This document shows positions 18,152-26,575 of a DNA stretch of 36,596 nt, piece after piece. Position numbers and translations under genes: made by a program. The notes under the pieces are model-generated. The model worked only from the letters and a program-made list of their open reading frames with translations, was not told the origin of the DNA and searched no databases. Where the stretch lies: contig JAURQY010000028.1 in assembly GCA_030835875.1 (NCBI GenBank), positions 1 to 36,596 on the forward strand, in the 5' to 3' direction. Origin of the DNA: Nitriliruptorales bacterium (lineage in GTDB: Bacteria > Actinomycetota > Nitriliruptoria > Nitriliruptorales > Nitriliruptoraceae). Positions within the stretch are counted from its first letter, which is position 1; each line of letters starts with the position of its first letter.

Positions 18152-19042
18152 ATGAGCGGAAGCCTCTCCGTCGTCGCCACCCCTATCGGCAACCTCGCGG
18201 ACCTCAGTCCGCGCGCCGCCGAGGTGCTCCGAGCCGCCGACCTCGTGCTCGCCGAGGACACCCGCCGCACCGGCAGGCTGCTCGCGCATGTCGGCAGCGC
18301 CGCAGCGCAGCGGTCGCTGCACGAGCACAACGAGCGCGCACGGGTCGACGAGATCGTCGACCGGATCGTCGCTGGCGCCGAGGTCGCGCTCGTGACCGAC
18401 GCCGGCACGCCGCTGGTGAGCGACCCCGGGCTCGTCCTCGTCCGCGCCTGCATCGCGGCCGGCGTCACGGTCGTGCCGATCCCCGGTGCGTCCGCCGTGC
18501 TGGCCGCCCTCGTCGCGTCGGGGCTGGCGAGCGACCGGGTCGCGTTCGACGGGTTCCTCCCGCGGCGTGGCGGTGCTCGGACGGCACGGCTCGCCGAGCT
18601 CGCGGACGAACCGCGCACCGTCGTCCTCTTCCTCTCCCCGCACCGTGCCGCGGACGACCTCACCGACCTCGCCGCCGCATGCGGGGACGATCGTCCAGCG
18701 GCGCTCTGCCGTGAGCTCACGAAGCTCCACGAGGAGATCCGCCGCGGCCCGCTCGGCGAGCTGCGGGACGGCGCGCGCGACGGTCTGCGGGGAGAGCTCA
18801 CGCTCGTGATCGCCGGTGCGCCCGAGCCCGATGCGCCGGCGCTCGACGCTGTGACGGTCGCCGAGGAGGTCGCCGCGCTCGTCGCGGACGGACGTTCGAC
18901 GCGCGACGCGGTCGCCCAGGTCGCGAGCGCGCATGGGCTGCGGCGCCGCGACGTGTATGCGACGGTGCTCGCCGCTCGCGACGGCGCGACGGACGCGCAA
19001 GGGACGAACGAGCGGCAGGACCCGGGCGAGTCTCGTGGCTAG
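18152..19042 (+). CDS. rsmI: 16S rRNA (cytidine1402-2'-O)-methyltransferase
   Basis: LSVVATPIGNLADLSPRAAEVLRAADLVLAEDTRRTGRLL is the canonical RsmI N-terminus, followed by a tetrapyrrole-methylase-type fold over the full length. Confidence 0.9.
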   Translation: MSGSLSVVATPIGNLADLSPRAAEVLRAADLVLAEDTRRTGRLLAHVGSAAAQRSLHEHNERARVDEIVDRIVAGAEVALVTDAGTPLVSDPGLVLVRACIAAGVTVVPIPGASAVLAALVASGLASDRVAFDGFLPRRGGARTARLAELADEPRTVVLFLSPHRAADDLTDLAAACGDDRPAALCRELTKLHEEIRRGPLGELRDGARDGLRGELTLVIAGAPEPDAPALDAVTVAEEVAALVADGRSTRDAVAQVASAHGLRRRDVYATVLAARDGATDAQGTNERQDPGESRG

Positions 19043-19045
19043 CGT
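19040..19045 (+). promoter_or_regulatory. -10-like hexamer TAGCGT positioned for a leaderless tatD transcript
   Basis: TAGCGT fits the actinobacterial -10 consensus TANNNT and ends 6 nt before the tatD ATG (19052). Its TAG is the rsmI stop codon. The same 17-nt string occurs in front of xthA. Confidence 0.3.
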
Positions 19046-19051
19046 CCCGGC

Positions 19052-19831
19052 ATGATCCCGCTCGTCGACACGCACTGCCACCTCGGCCATCACTTCGACC
19101 TCGACGTCGCGACGCAGCTCACCCGAGCGCGTGACGCCGGCGTCGTCCTCATGGTCGACGTCGGCACGGACGTCGCCTCGTCGGAGGCCGCGGTCGCGAA
19201 CGCGCAGGCGCAGCCTGATGTCTGGGCCGCGGTCGGCCTCCATCCCAACGACGCGGGGAGCGCGAGCGACGAGGTGCTCGCAGCGCTCGACGCGCTCGCG
19301 GCAGCACCACGGGTCGTGGCCGTCGGAGAGACGGGCATCGACCACTACCGGGACACGGCGACGCACGAGGAGCAGGACCGGGCCTTCCGGGCCCAGATCG
19401 CCATCGCCCGCCGGCACGACCTCGCCGTCGTCGTGCACTGCCGCGACGCGTGGGACGACTGCGTCCGGATCCTCGAGGAGGAGGGCATGACCGGAGCCGA
19501 CGCGCGGGTCGTCCTCCACTGCTACTCGGGGGATGTCGCGACGACGCTGCGCACCGTCGGGCACGGCTGGTTCCACTCGTTCGCCGGCAACGTGACCTTC
19601 ACGAACGCCGCGCCGCTGCGGGAGGTCGCCGAGCTCGTCCCCGACGACCTGCTCCTCACCGAGACGGACGCGCCCTACCTCACCCCCCACCCGCATCGGG
19701 GTCACCCCAACGACCCGTCGTACGTCGCGGTGACCTTCGCCCGGCTCGCCGAGCTGAGGGGTGCGGACCCGGCGGCGCTCGCGGCCCAGGTCGTCGCGAA
19801 CGCGCGTCGGGTGTTCGCGCTGGACGGCTGA
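19052..19831 (+). CDS. TatD-family metal-dependent deoxyribonuclease/hydrolase
   Basis: MIPLVDTHCHLGHH (HxH metal motif), VGETGIDHY, VVHCRDA and TETDAPYLTP motifs typical of TatD. Confidence 0.9.
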   Translation: MIPLVDTHCHLGHHFDLDVATQLTRARDAGVVLMVDVGTDVASSEAAVANAQAQPDVWAAVGLHPNDAGSASDEVLAALDALAAAPRVVAVGETGIDHYRDTATHEEQDRAFRAQIAIARRHDLAVVVHCRDAWDDCVRILEEEGMTGADARVVLHCYSGDVATTLRTVGHGWFHSFAGNVTFTNAAPLREVAELVPDDLLLTETDAPYLTPHPHRGHPNDPSYVAVTFARLAELRGADPAALAAQVVANARRVFALDG

Positions 19832-19887
19832 CGACCCGGACGGGTCGGCTCCCGTCAGGGCGCACCGTCGCCACCTACCCTCCCCGC

Positions 19888-20412
19888 ATGCCGACCCCGC
19901 CCCTCCCTCGGGCGGTCCGGGCCCTCCTGCGGCCGCGCATGCGCCGCCTCCGTCACCTCCTGGCCCTCACCGCCGTCGCGCTCCCGCTCGTCGCCTCCGT
20001 CGCGGCACCTGCCGGCGTGCCTGCTGCCGGGCCATCGCTCGACGTGCCCGAGCGCGTCACGGTCGCGCAGGTCCCGGCGCGCGTCGGGCTCGACGTGCCG
20101 CTCCGAGTCGTCGCGCCGGGCCCTGTCGAGCCGGACCCGGTCGAGCCGTCCGTGGGAGCGGTCTGGGACGCGCTCGCGGACTGCGAGTCGGGCGGACGCT
20201 GGGACGCCGAGCGCAGCATCGATGGCGCGGTCGCGTACCGCGGTGGCCTGCAGTTCGCGGGCAGCACGTGGGACGCGTTTCGTCCGGACGGGTTCCCCGA
20301 CCTCGCGTCGGACGCGACCCGCATCCAGCAGATCGTCGTCGCCGAGCGGATCCTCGACGTCCAGGGATGGGAGGCGTGGCCGGCCTGCTCCCGACGGCTC
20401 GGACTCCGATGA
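19888..20412 (+). CDS. resuscitation-promoting factor (Rpf transglycosylase-like domain) secreted/anchored protein
   Basis: N-terminal signal/TM segment (RHLLALTAVALPLVASVAAPAG) and a C-terminal Rpf domain VWDALADCESGGRWDAE...YRGGLQFAGSTWDAF...A....Q......I....G..AWPAC. The position between tatD and rsmA matches that of rpfB in mycobacteria. Confidence 0.8.
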   Translation: MPTPPLPRAVRALLRPRMRRLRHLLALTAVALPLVASVAAPAGVPAAGPSLDVPERVTVAQVPARVGLDVPLRVVAPGPVEPDPVEPSVGAVWDALADCESGGRWDAERSIDGAVAYRGGLQFAGSTWDAFRPDGFPDLASDATRIQQIVVAERILDVQGWEAWPACSRRLGLR

Positions 20413-21248
20413 CCACGCTCCTGACGCCGAGCGCCGCGCGTGAGATCCTCGAACGTCACGGCCTCGCGACCCGCAAGCGTGCGGGACAGCACCTGCTCGT
20501 CGACCCGAACACGGTCCGCCGCATCGTCGGCGCGGCGCGACTCGATGCCGACGACGTCGTGCTCGAGGTCGGCCCCGGCATCGGTTCGCTCACGCTCGGA
20601 CTCGTCGGTGCCGTGCGCCGCATCGTCGCGGTCGAGATCGATGCCGGGTTCGTCACGGCCCTCGCGGACGTCCTCGCACCCGTAGACGGCGTCGAGGTCG
20701 TCCATGCCGATGCGCTCGCGGTCGACCTCGGGGCGCTCGTCGACGGTGGCCCTGCGCGCCTCGTCGCGAACCTGCCCTACAACGTCGCGACACCGATCGT
20801 CGTCGACGCGCTCGCCTCCGGCGCGTTCACCGAGCTGTTCGTGATGGTGCAGCGTGAGGTGGGGGAGCGCTGGGCGGCACGGCCCGGCGATACGGGGTAC
20901 TCGGGCGTGAGCGCGAAGCTCGGGGTGCTCGCCGACGTCAGCATCGAGCTGCACATCCCGCGCGGTGTCTTCCTCCCCGTCCCGAACGTCGACAGCGTGA
21001 TGGTCCGGTTGACGCGACGTCCGGATGCGCCGGACACCGCCGGCTTCGCCGCCATCGCTCGGGTCATCGATGCCGCGTTCGCCCAGCGGCGCAAGACCCT
21101 GCGCAACACCCTGCGCGCGCTCGGCAGCGCCGAGGAGGTCGCTGCGGCGGCGGGGGCCGCCGGCGTCGATCTCGGTGCCCGACCCGAGGAGCTCGCGCCC
21201 TCCACGCTCGTCCGGCTCGCGGAGGCGTTCACCCGACCGCACCCGTAG
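20409..21248 (+). CDS. rsmA: 16S rRNA (adenine1518/1519-N6)-dimethyltransferase
   Basis: LATRKRAGQHLLVD plus the SAM motif VLEVGPGIGSLT and NLPYNVATP. The ATG overlaps the rpf stop (ATGA at 20409-20412). Confidence 0.9.
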   Translation: MTTLLTPSAAREILERHGLATRKRAGQHLLVDPNTVRRIVGAARLDADDVVLEVGPGIGSLTLGLVGAVRRIVAVEIDAGFVTALADVLAPVDGVEVVHADALAVDLGALVDGGPARLVANLPYNVATPIVVDALASGAFTELFVMVQREVGERWAARPGDTGYSGVSAKLGVLADVSIELHIPRGVFLPVPNVDSVMVRLTRRPDAPDTAGFAAIARVIDAAFAQRRKTLRNTLRALGSAEEVAAAAGAAGVDLGARPEELAPSTLVRLAEAFTRPHP

Positions 21249-21287
21249 GATGCCGCGTCGCACGGGGGCGAGCGACGGGGGGTGGGT

Positions 21288-22310
21288 ATGGAGCGCGGAC
21301 CGGGGAGCTCGATCCGCGTCCGCGTCCCCGCGAAGATCAACCTCCACCTCGGCGTCGGCCCACGTCGCCCCGACGGCTACCACGACGTCGTCTCCGTGCT
21401 CCAGACGGTCGGCCTGCACGACACGCTCGAGCTCATCCTCGATGGTGACGGGCACTGGGCGCACCCGGCCGCACGACGGCGCATGCGCGCGTCGCTGACG
21501 CTCGCCGGCTCGGAGGGTGAAGGGACGGCCCGCGGTGTCCCCGAGGGCGCGGACAACCTGGTGCTCGTCGCGGCCCGCCGCCTGATGGCGCATCTCGGCA
21601 TCGACGGCGGTCCGGAAGGCGAGCGGACCCCGCAGGGACACGACGGTGCCGCATCCACCGACGACGGACCGTGGACCCGAATGCGTCTCACGAAGCGCAT
21701 CCCGGTCGCGGCGGGGATGGCTGGAGGCTCGGCCGACGCCGCGGCGGCGCTCGTCGGGCTGAACCGGCTGTGGGGCGCGGACCTCGACGTCACGACCCTG
21801 CGCGACGTCGCAGCACTCGTCGGTTCCGACGTCCCGTTCTGCATCGAGGGTGGGACCGCGCTCGCGACCGGGACCGGGACGTCCGTCGCACGCGTGCTCA
21901 ACGGGACGACCACGTACTGGGTCGTCGGCATCGACCGTTCGCCGCTCTCGACCGCCGACGTCTACGCGGCGTTCGACACGCTCGCGCCGCCAGCACCGAC
22001 CAGCCCCGATGCGGTGCTGCATGCGCTGCGCACGGGCGACCTCGGCGAACTCGCCCACTCGCTGCACAACGATCTCGAACCGGCCGCGATCGCGCTCCGT
22101 CCGGAGCTCGCCGGACGCCGCGACGCGATGCTCGACGTCGGTGCGCTCGGCTCGCTCGTCAGCGGCTCGGGCCCGACGGTGCTCGGTCTCGCGCGGGACG
22201 CGGAGGACGCGCGGCGCATCGCGGCAGCCGTCGCGGACGTGTTCGACGTGGTGGAGGTCGCTGCGGCCCCGGCGGGCGGCCCCGAGGTCACGGCGCAACG
22301 GACCTCCTGA
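21288..22310 (+). CDS. ispE: 4-(cytidine 5'-diphospho)-2-C-methyl-D-erythritol kinase
   Basis: VRVPAKINLHLGVGPRRPDGYH plus the GHMP-kinase motif IPVAAGMAGGSADAAA. ATG 21288 follows a G-rich SD. GTG 21282 is an alternative start. Confidence 0.9.
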   Translation: MERGPGSSIRVRVPAKINLHLGVGPRRPDGYHDVVSVLQTVGLHDTLELILDGDGHWAHPAARRRMRASLTLAGSEGEGTARGVPEGADNLVLVAARRLMAHLGIDGGPEGERTPQGHDGAASTDDGPWTRMRLTKRIPVAAGMAGGSADAAAALVGLNRLWGADLDVTTLRDVAALVGSDVPFCIEGGTALATGTGTSVARVLNGTTTYWVVGIDRSPLSTADVYAAFDTLAPPAPTSPDAVLHALRTGDLGELAHSLHNDLEPAAIALRPELAGRRDAMLDVGALGSLVSGSGPTVLGLARDAEDARRIAAAVADVFDVVEVAAAPAGGPEVTAQRTS

Positions 22311-22511
22311 CCCGCAGCGCCGTGGATCCAGCCGCAGGTCCGGCCTCGTGGACGGGCGCGGGCGTGGCGCGGGCGGTCGGACGGGGGGAGCGCCCCGGGG
22401 CCCAGTGAGGTCCAGCACTACCCTCGAGGATGCGCGCACTGCGTGCAGGACCCGTCCACCCGCGCGGGTCCCGGTCCGCCGGCGCATCGTCCGGTGGGCG
22501 ACGGGACGCCA

Positions 22512-22586
22512 TGGGGGGTGGTGTAACCGGCAACACGCCGACCTTTGGAGTCGGAATCCAGGGTTCGATCCCCTGCCCCCCAGCCA
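22512..22586 (+). tRNA. tRNA-Gln (anticodon TTG), CCA encoded
   Basis: Hand-folded cloverleaf. The acceptor stem TGGGGGG/CCCCCCA has the U1:A72 pair typical of tRNA-Gln. D arm is GTGT-AACCGGCA-ACAC, anticodon arm CCGAC-CTTTGGA-GTCGG, T arm CAGGG-TTCGATC-CCCTG, then discriminator G and CCA. It lies inside the spurious N-terminal extension of the glmU track ORF. Confidence 0.9.
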
Positions 22587-22636
22587 GACCCCCCAGCCAG
22601 GTCCCCAGCGACGCCGTACCGGCGAGGAGCCGTCCG

Positions 22637-24040
22637 ATGAGCGAGCAGCTGACCGAGCACCCCGGCACCGCGGCCGTCGTCCTCGCCGCCGGGCGGAGCA
22701 CCCGCTTCCGCTCCGCCACCCCCAAGGTGCTCCACCGCGCGGCAGGACGCAGCCTGCTCGGCCACGTCCTCGGTGCGCTCGCGCCGCTCGGGCTCGAGCG
22801 CGTCCTCGTCGTCGTCGCGCCGGACGCGCAGGATGTGGAGGCGGAGGTCGCCGCCTGGGACGCACAGCTGCGCGCACCGGTCACCACCGTCGTCCAGCTC
22901 GAGCAGCGGGGCACGGGCGACGCGCTCGACGTCGCGATGGCGGCGCTGCCCGATTCCATCACCCGGGTGCTCGTCCTCCCCGGTGACACGCCGCTGCTGC
23001 GACCCGAGACGCTCGCCTCGCTGCTGGCCGTCGACCCGTCGGTTCCGCTCGGGATGCTCACCACGGTGCTCGACGACCCGTTCGGCTACGGCCGCGTGCT
23101 GCGCGACGGCGAGGGCCAGGTGCTCGAGGTCGTCGAGGAGCGGGACGCGGACGCTTCGCAGCGTCGCATCCGCGAGATCAACGCCGGGATGTACGTGCTC
23201 GACCGTGCGGTCGTGGCCCCGATCGTCGCTGCGCTCGGGTCGGACAACGCGCAGGGCGAGCGCTACCTGACCGACGTCGTCGCTGCCCTCGCTCGTGATG
23301 GTGCCGGGCACGGGGTCGCGGTGGACGCGCCGTCGCACGAGATCGCAGGCGTGAACGATCGTGCGCAGCTCGCCGACGCAGCGGCGGTGCTGCGCCGCCG
23401 GCATCTCGAGCGGCTGATGCGCGCAGGCGTGAGCATCATCGACCCGGCGCACACCTACGTCGATGTCGACGTGGCCATCGGCGAGGAGTCGGTGCTGCTC
23501 CCCGGGACGATCCTCGAGGGCGCGACGTCGGTCGGCGTCGGCGCCGTCGTCGGCCCGTCGAGCCACCTGACCGACTGCATCGTCGGCGACGGTGCCATCG
23601 TGCACAGCACGCGAGCGGACGGCGCGACGATCGGCACAGATGTCGAGGTCGGCCCGTTCGCGCACCTCCGTCCCGGGACCCGCCTCGAGGCCGGTGTACG
23701 CGTCGGCGCGTTCGTGCAGACGAAGAACGCGACGGTCGGGGAGGGCGCGAAGGTCCCCCACCTCGCCTACGTCGGTGACGCCGAGGTGGGGGCGGGAGCG
23801 AACATCGCCTGTGGGGTCGTCACCGTGAACTACGACGGCCGCGAGAAGCACCGGACGACGATCGGCGAGGGCGCCTTCATCGGCTGCGGCACGATGCTCG
23901 TCGCGCCGGTGACGGTCGGGGACCGCGCCTTCGTCGGTGCGGGCTCGACCATCACCGAGGACGTCCCCCCGGAGGCGCTCGCGATCGCGCGAGCGCGTCA
24001 GGTCACCAAGGAGGGCCGGGCCGCTGGGCGCCTCGGGTAG
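22637..24040 (+). CDS. glmU: bifunctional GlcNAc-1-phosphate uridyltransferase / glucosamine-1-phosphate acetyltransferase
   Basis: AVVLAAGRSTRFRSATPKVLH N-terminal nucleotidyltransferase motif and a C-terminal left-handed beta-helix of hexapeptide repeats (...VGAFVQTKNATVGEGAKVPHLAYVGDAEVGAGANI...). ATG 22637 follows GAGGAG (22624-22629). Confidence 0.9.
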   Translation: MSEQLTEHPGTAAVVLAAGRSTRFRSATPKVLHRAAGRSLLGHVLGALAPLGLERVLVVVAPDAQDVEAEVAAWDAQLRAPVTTVVQLEQRGTGDALDVAMAALPDSITRVLVLPGDTPLLRPETLASLLAVDPSVPLGMLTTVLDDPFGYGRVLRDGEGQVLEVVEERDADASQRRIREINAGMYVLDRAVVAPIVAALGSDNAQGERYLTDVVAALARDGAGHGVAVDAPSHEIAGVNDRAQLADAAAVLRRRHLERLMRAGVSIIDPAHTYVDVDVAIGEESVLLPGTILEGATSVGVGAVVGPSSHLTDCIVGDGAIVHSTRADGATIGTDVEVGPFAHLRPGTRLEAGVRVGAFVQTKNATVGEGAKVPHLAYVGDAEVGAGANIACGVVTVNYDGREKHRTTIGEGAFIGCGTMLVAPVTVGDRAFVGAGSTITEDVPPEALAIARARQVTKEGRAAGRLG

Positions 24041-24086
24041 GGTCCGCCGCGCGGCCGGTCGACGGGCGGCCTGCGACCAGCGGACC
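24041..24086 (+). other. nested stem-loop in the glmU-prs spacer (possible terminator/attenuator)
   Basis: GGTCCGC (24041-24047) pairs with GCGGACC (24080-24086). An inner stem is formed by GGCCG (24053-24057) and CGGCC (24067-24071). There is no U tract. Confidence 0.25.
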
Positions 24087-24105
24087 TGACCGGGAGCGGG
24101 GACCC

Positions 24106-25089
24106 ATGGAGCTCAACCCTCGCAAGCGCATGATGATCTTCGCCGGCTCCTCGTACCAGGAGCTCGCCGAGGAGGTCGCCGAGCATCTCGGGATGCGGGT
24201 CGGCGAGGTCCAGCTCTCCAGCTTCGCGAACGGCGAGCGCTACGCCCGCTTCGGCGAGTCGGTCCGCGGCGCCGACGTGTTCGTGCTCCAGTCGCACCTG
24301 TCCACGCCCGCGATGAGCATCAACGACTTCATCATCGAGCAGCTCGTGATGCTCGATGCGCTGAAGCGCGCATCGGCGAAGCGCACCATCGCCGTCATCC
24401 CGTACTACGGGTACTCGCGCTCGGACAAGAAGGCGCGCTCGCGTGAGGCCATCGCAGCGCGCATGATCGCCGACCTCTATCAGGCGGTCGGCGTGGACCG
24501 CATCATGTCGGTCGACCTGCACACCGGACAGATCCAGGGCTTCTTCAACAACCCGTTCGACCACCTCACGGCGCTCCCGTTGCTCGAGCAGTGGATCACC
24601 GAGAACACCGATCCGGCGAAGCGTGTCATCGTCTCACCGGACGCGGGGCGTGTGCGGCTCACCGAGAAGTTCGCCGGTCATCTCGGCGCGCCGATCGCGA
24701 TCCTGCACAAGCGTCGCGACCCGACCCGTCACAACGTCGCGGAGACGCTCGACGTGATCGGAGACGTCGAGGGTCGCACCGCCGTGCTCATCGACGACAT
24801 GATCGACACGGCCGGGACGATCGTCGGCGCCGCGGCGCTGCTCAAGGAGCGCGGCGCCGAGCGGGTCATCGCCTGTGCGACGCACCCGATCTTCTCCGGC
24901 CCCGCCGTCGAGCGTCTCGACGCGAGCGTGATCGAGCGCGTCGTCGTGACCAACACGATCCCGCTGCCGGCCGACCTGCACATGGACAAGCTGGTCGTGC
25001 TCTCGATCGCGCCGATCCTCGCCTCCGCGCTGCGGGCGGTGTTCGAGGACGAGTCGGTCTCGGAGATCTTCCGCGGCGAGAACGTCTGA
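24106..25089 (+). CDS. prs: ribose-phosphate diphosphokinase (PRPP synthetase)
   Basis: MIFAGSSYQELAEEVAEHLG..., DLHTGQIQGFF and the PRPP-binding loop VLIDDMIDTAGT. Confidence 0.95.
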   Translation: MELNPRKRMMIFAGSSYQELAEEVAEHLGMRVGEVQLSSFANGERYARFGESVRGADVFVLQSHLSTPAMSINDFIIEQLVMLDALKRASAKRTIAVIPYYGYSRSDKKARSREAIAARMIADLYQAVGVDRIMSVDLHTGQIQGFFNNPFDHLTALPLLEQWITENTDPAKRVIVSPDAGRVRLTEKFAGHLGAPIAILHKRRDPTRHNVAETLDVIGDVEGRTAVLIDDMIDTAGTIVGAAALLKERGAERVIACATHPIFSGPAVERLDASVIERVVVTNTIPLPADLHMDKLVVLSIAPILASALRAVFEDESVSEIFRGENV

Positions 25090-25301
25090 GGCGGACCCCC
25101 GGGCCGCTCGGGCCGCTCCGGATGCTCTGGGTCCGGTTGCCGGGCCCTGTCCCGCACCGGTAGCATCCGCGCGCCGCTCGCTCCGTCGCCCCGCGCCGTC
25201 CTCGGACATCCGCGCCCGTGACCGCCGCGGCACCCCACGTGACACCTCGCCGCCTCATGGTGACCGACCCACGCCGGGGACCTTCCAGCAGGAGCACTCC
25301 G

Positions 25302-25937
25302 TTGTCGAAGCAGGTCACCCTCACCGCTCTGCCGCGCGCCGCTGCCGGCAAGGGCGAGTCCAACCGCCTCCGCCGCGACGGCCGCGTCCCCGCGATCGTC
25401 TACGGGCACGAGGTCGAGCCGACGCCGGTCAGCGTCGACGCGCGTGAGCTGTTCCACGCACTGAACGGCCCGGCGGGTCGCAACGCGCTCATCGCGCTCG
25501 AGCTCGAGGGGCGCACGACGCTCGTCGTCGCCCGCGACCTGCAGCGTCACGCCGTCCGACGCGATGTGCTCCACCTCGACCTTCTGGCGGTCGACCAGGA
25601 CCAGCAGATCGACATCGAGGTGCCGATCCACCTCGTCGGTCTCGACGACGTCCAGCGCGACGGTGGCTACCTGAACCATGTCCGACACGTCGTGCCGATC
25701 CGCGTCCGTCCGCTCGACACGCCCGACTTCATCGAGCTGTCGGTCGCGGGCATGGGCATCGGTGACGTGAGGCGGCTCGGTGACGTCGCTGCTCTCCTCC
25801 CTGCGGGCGCGGAGATCGGTGACGACGCGGACCGCGTCATCGTCACGATCAACGCCCCGGCCGGTGGCGGGACGAGCGAGACCGCCGAGGAGGGCGCCGA
25901 GGAGGCTGCCGCGACCGACGGCGACGCTGCGGCGTGA
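25302..25937 (+). CDS. rplY: 50S ribosomal protein L25 / general stress protein Ctc
   Basis: ...LTALPRAAAGKGESNRLRRDGRVPAIVYGHEVEPTPVSVDARELFHAL... is a typical L25/Ctc N-domain, followed by an acidic tail. TTG 25302 is preceded by AGGAG (25290-25294). Alternative starts are ATG 25257 and GTG 25218. Confidence 0.85.
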   Translation: MSKQVTLTALPRAAAGKGESNRLRRDGRVPAIVYGHEVEPTPVSVDARELFHALNGPAGRNALIALELEGRTTLVVARDLQRHAVRRDVLHLDLLAVDQDQQIDIEVPIHLVGLDDVQRDGGYLNHVRHVVPIRVRPLDTPDFIELSVAGMGIGDVRRLGDVAALLPAGAEIGDDADRVIVTINAPAGGGTSETAEEGAEEAAATDGDAAA

Positions 25938-26575
25938 CCGACGGGCGCTGGCTGGTCGCCGGACTCGGCAACCCGCCCGCTGAGTACGCGGGGACGCGCC
26001 ACAACATCGGCGCGGAGCTCGTCGAGCATCTCGCTGCGGACGCCGGGTCAGCGCTCGCACGCAACCGCCGCGCCGGCTGCCGTACGGCGGAGGTCCGCAT
26101 CGCCGGCGCTCCCGTCGTCCTCGCGGTGCCTGAGTCGTTCATGAACGTCTCGGGCGGCCCGGTCCAGCGGGCGGCCGGCTGGTACCGCGTGCCGATCGAG
26201 CGGATCGTCGTCTGCCACGACGACCTCGATCTTCCGCTCGGGGAGCTGCGCCTCAAGCGCGGCGGTGGGCACGGCGGGCACAACGGGCTCAAGGATCTCG
26301 ACCGCGCGTTCGGTGGCCCCGGCTACCTGCGGGTGCGCATCGGCGTCGGACGCCCACCGGGTTCCACGGTCGCCGCCGACCACGTGCTCCGGCCCTTCGC
26401 CGCGGAGGAGCGCGACGCCGTCGCTACCGTGCTCGCCACAGCCGCCGACGCGGTGGCCGCCCTGATCGCCGACGGGCTCGAGACGGCGCAGAACCGCTTC
26501 CACGGCCGACGCGCCTCGGGCGCAGGACCGGGTGCAGACCCGGGTGACGCCGTGCGGCACGAGGAGGACCGCTGA
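25934..26575 (+). CDS. pth: peptidyl-tRNA hydrolase
   Basis: WLVAGLGNPPAEYAGTRHNIG, SFMNVSG and HDDLDLPLGELRLKRGGGHGGHNGLK motifs. The GTG overlaps the rplY stop (GTGA at 25934-25937). Confidence 0.9.
   Translation: MTDGRWLVAGLGNPPAEYAGTRHNIGAELVEHLAADAGSALARNRRAGCRTAEVRIAGAPVVLAVPESFMNVSGGPVQRAAGWYRVPIERIVVCHDDLDLPLGELRLKRGGGHGGHNGLKDLDRAFGGPGYLRVRIGVGRPPGSTVAADHVLRPFAAEERDAVATVLATAADAVAALIADGLETAQNRFHGRRASGAGPGADPGDAVRHEEDR

Noticed and set aside
19780-19887. Possible c-di-AMP (ydaO-type) riboswitch upstream of the rpf gene, as known for some actinobacterial rpf genes
   Set aside because: Only 56 nt separate tatD from rpf, and I could not find the conserved ydaO core elements. Only a short hairpin (CGACCCG-GA-CGGGTCG, 19832-19847) is present. 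An Infernal scan would settle this.
22311-22511. 201-nt spacer after ispE, examined for a small gene or structured RNA
   Set aside because: I found only a modest 7-bp hairpin (GGACCCG 22448-22454 / CGGGTCC 22465-22471) and no convincing ORF with an SD. It most likely holds the ispE terminator and the tRNA-Gln promoter. I cannot exclude an sRNA without an Rfam/covariation analysis.
22430-22636. N-terminal extension of the glmU ORF (track start 22430)
   Set aside because: It would read straight through the tRNA-Gln gene (22512-22586). The conserved GlmU N-terminus starts at MSEQL (22637), which has a GAGGAG SD.
19953-22877. 974-aa minus-strand ORF spanning rpf, rsmA, ispE, tRNA-Gln and the start of glmU
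   Set aside because: It runs antisense across four well-supported genes and a tRNA. Its composition is dominated by Arg/Pro/Gly with no motifs, so it is a GC-bias artefact.
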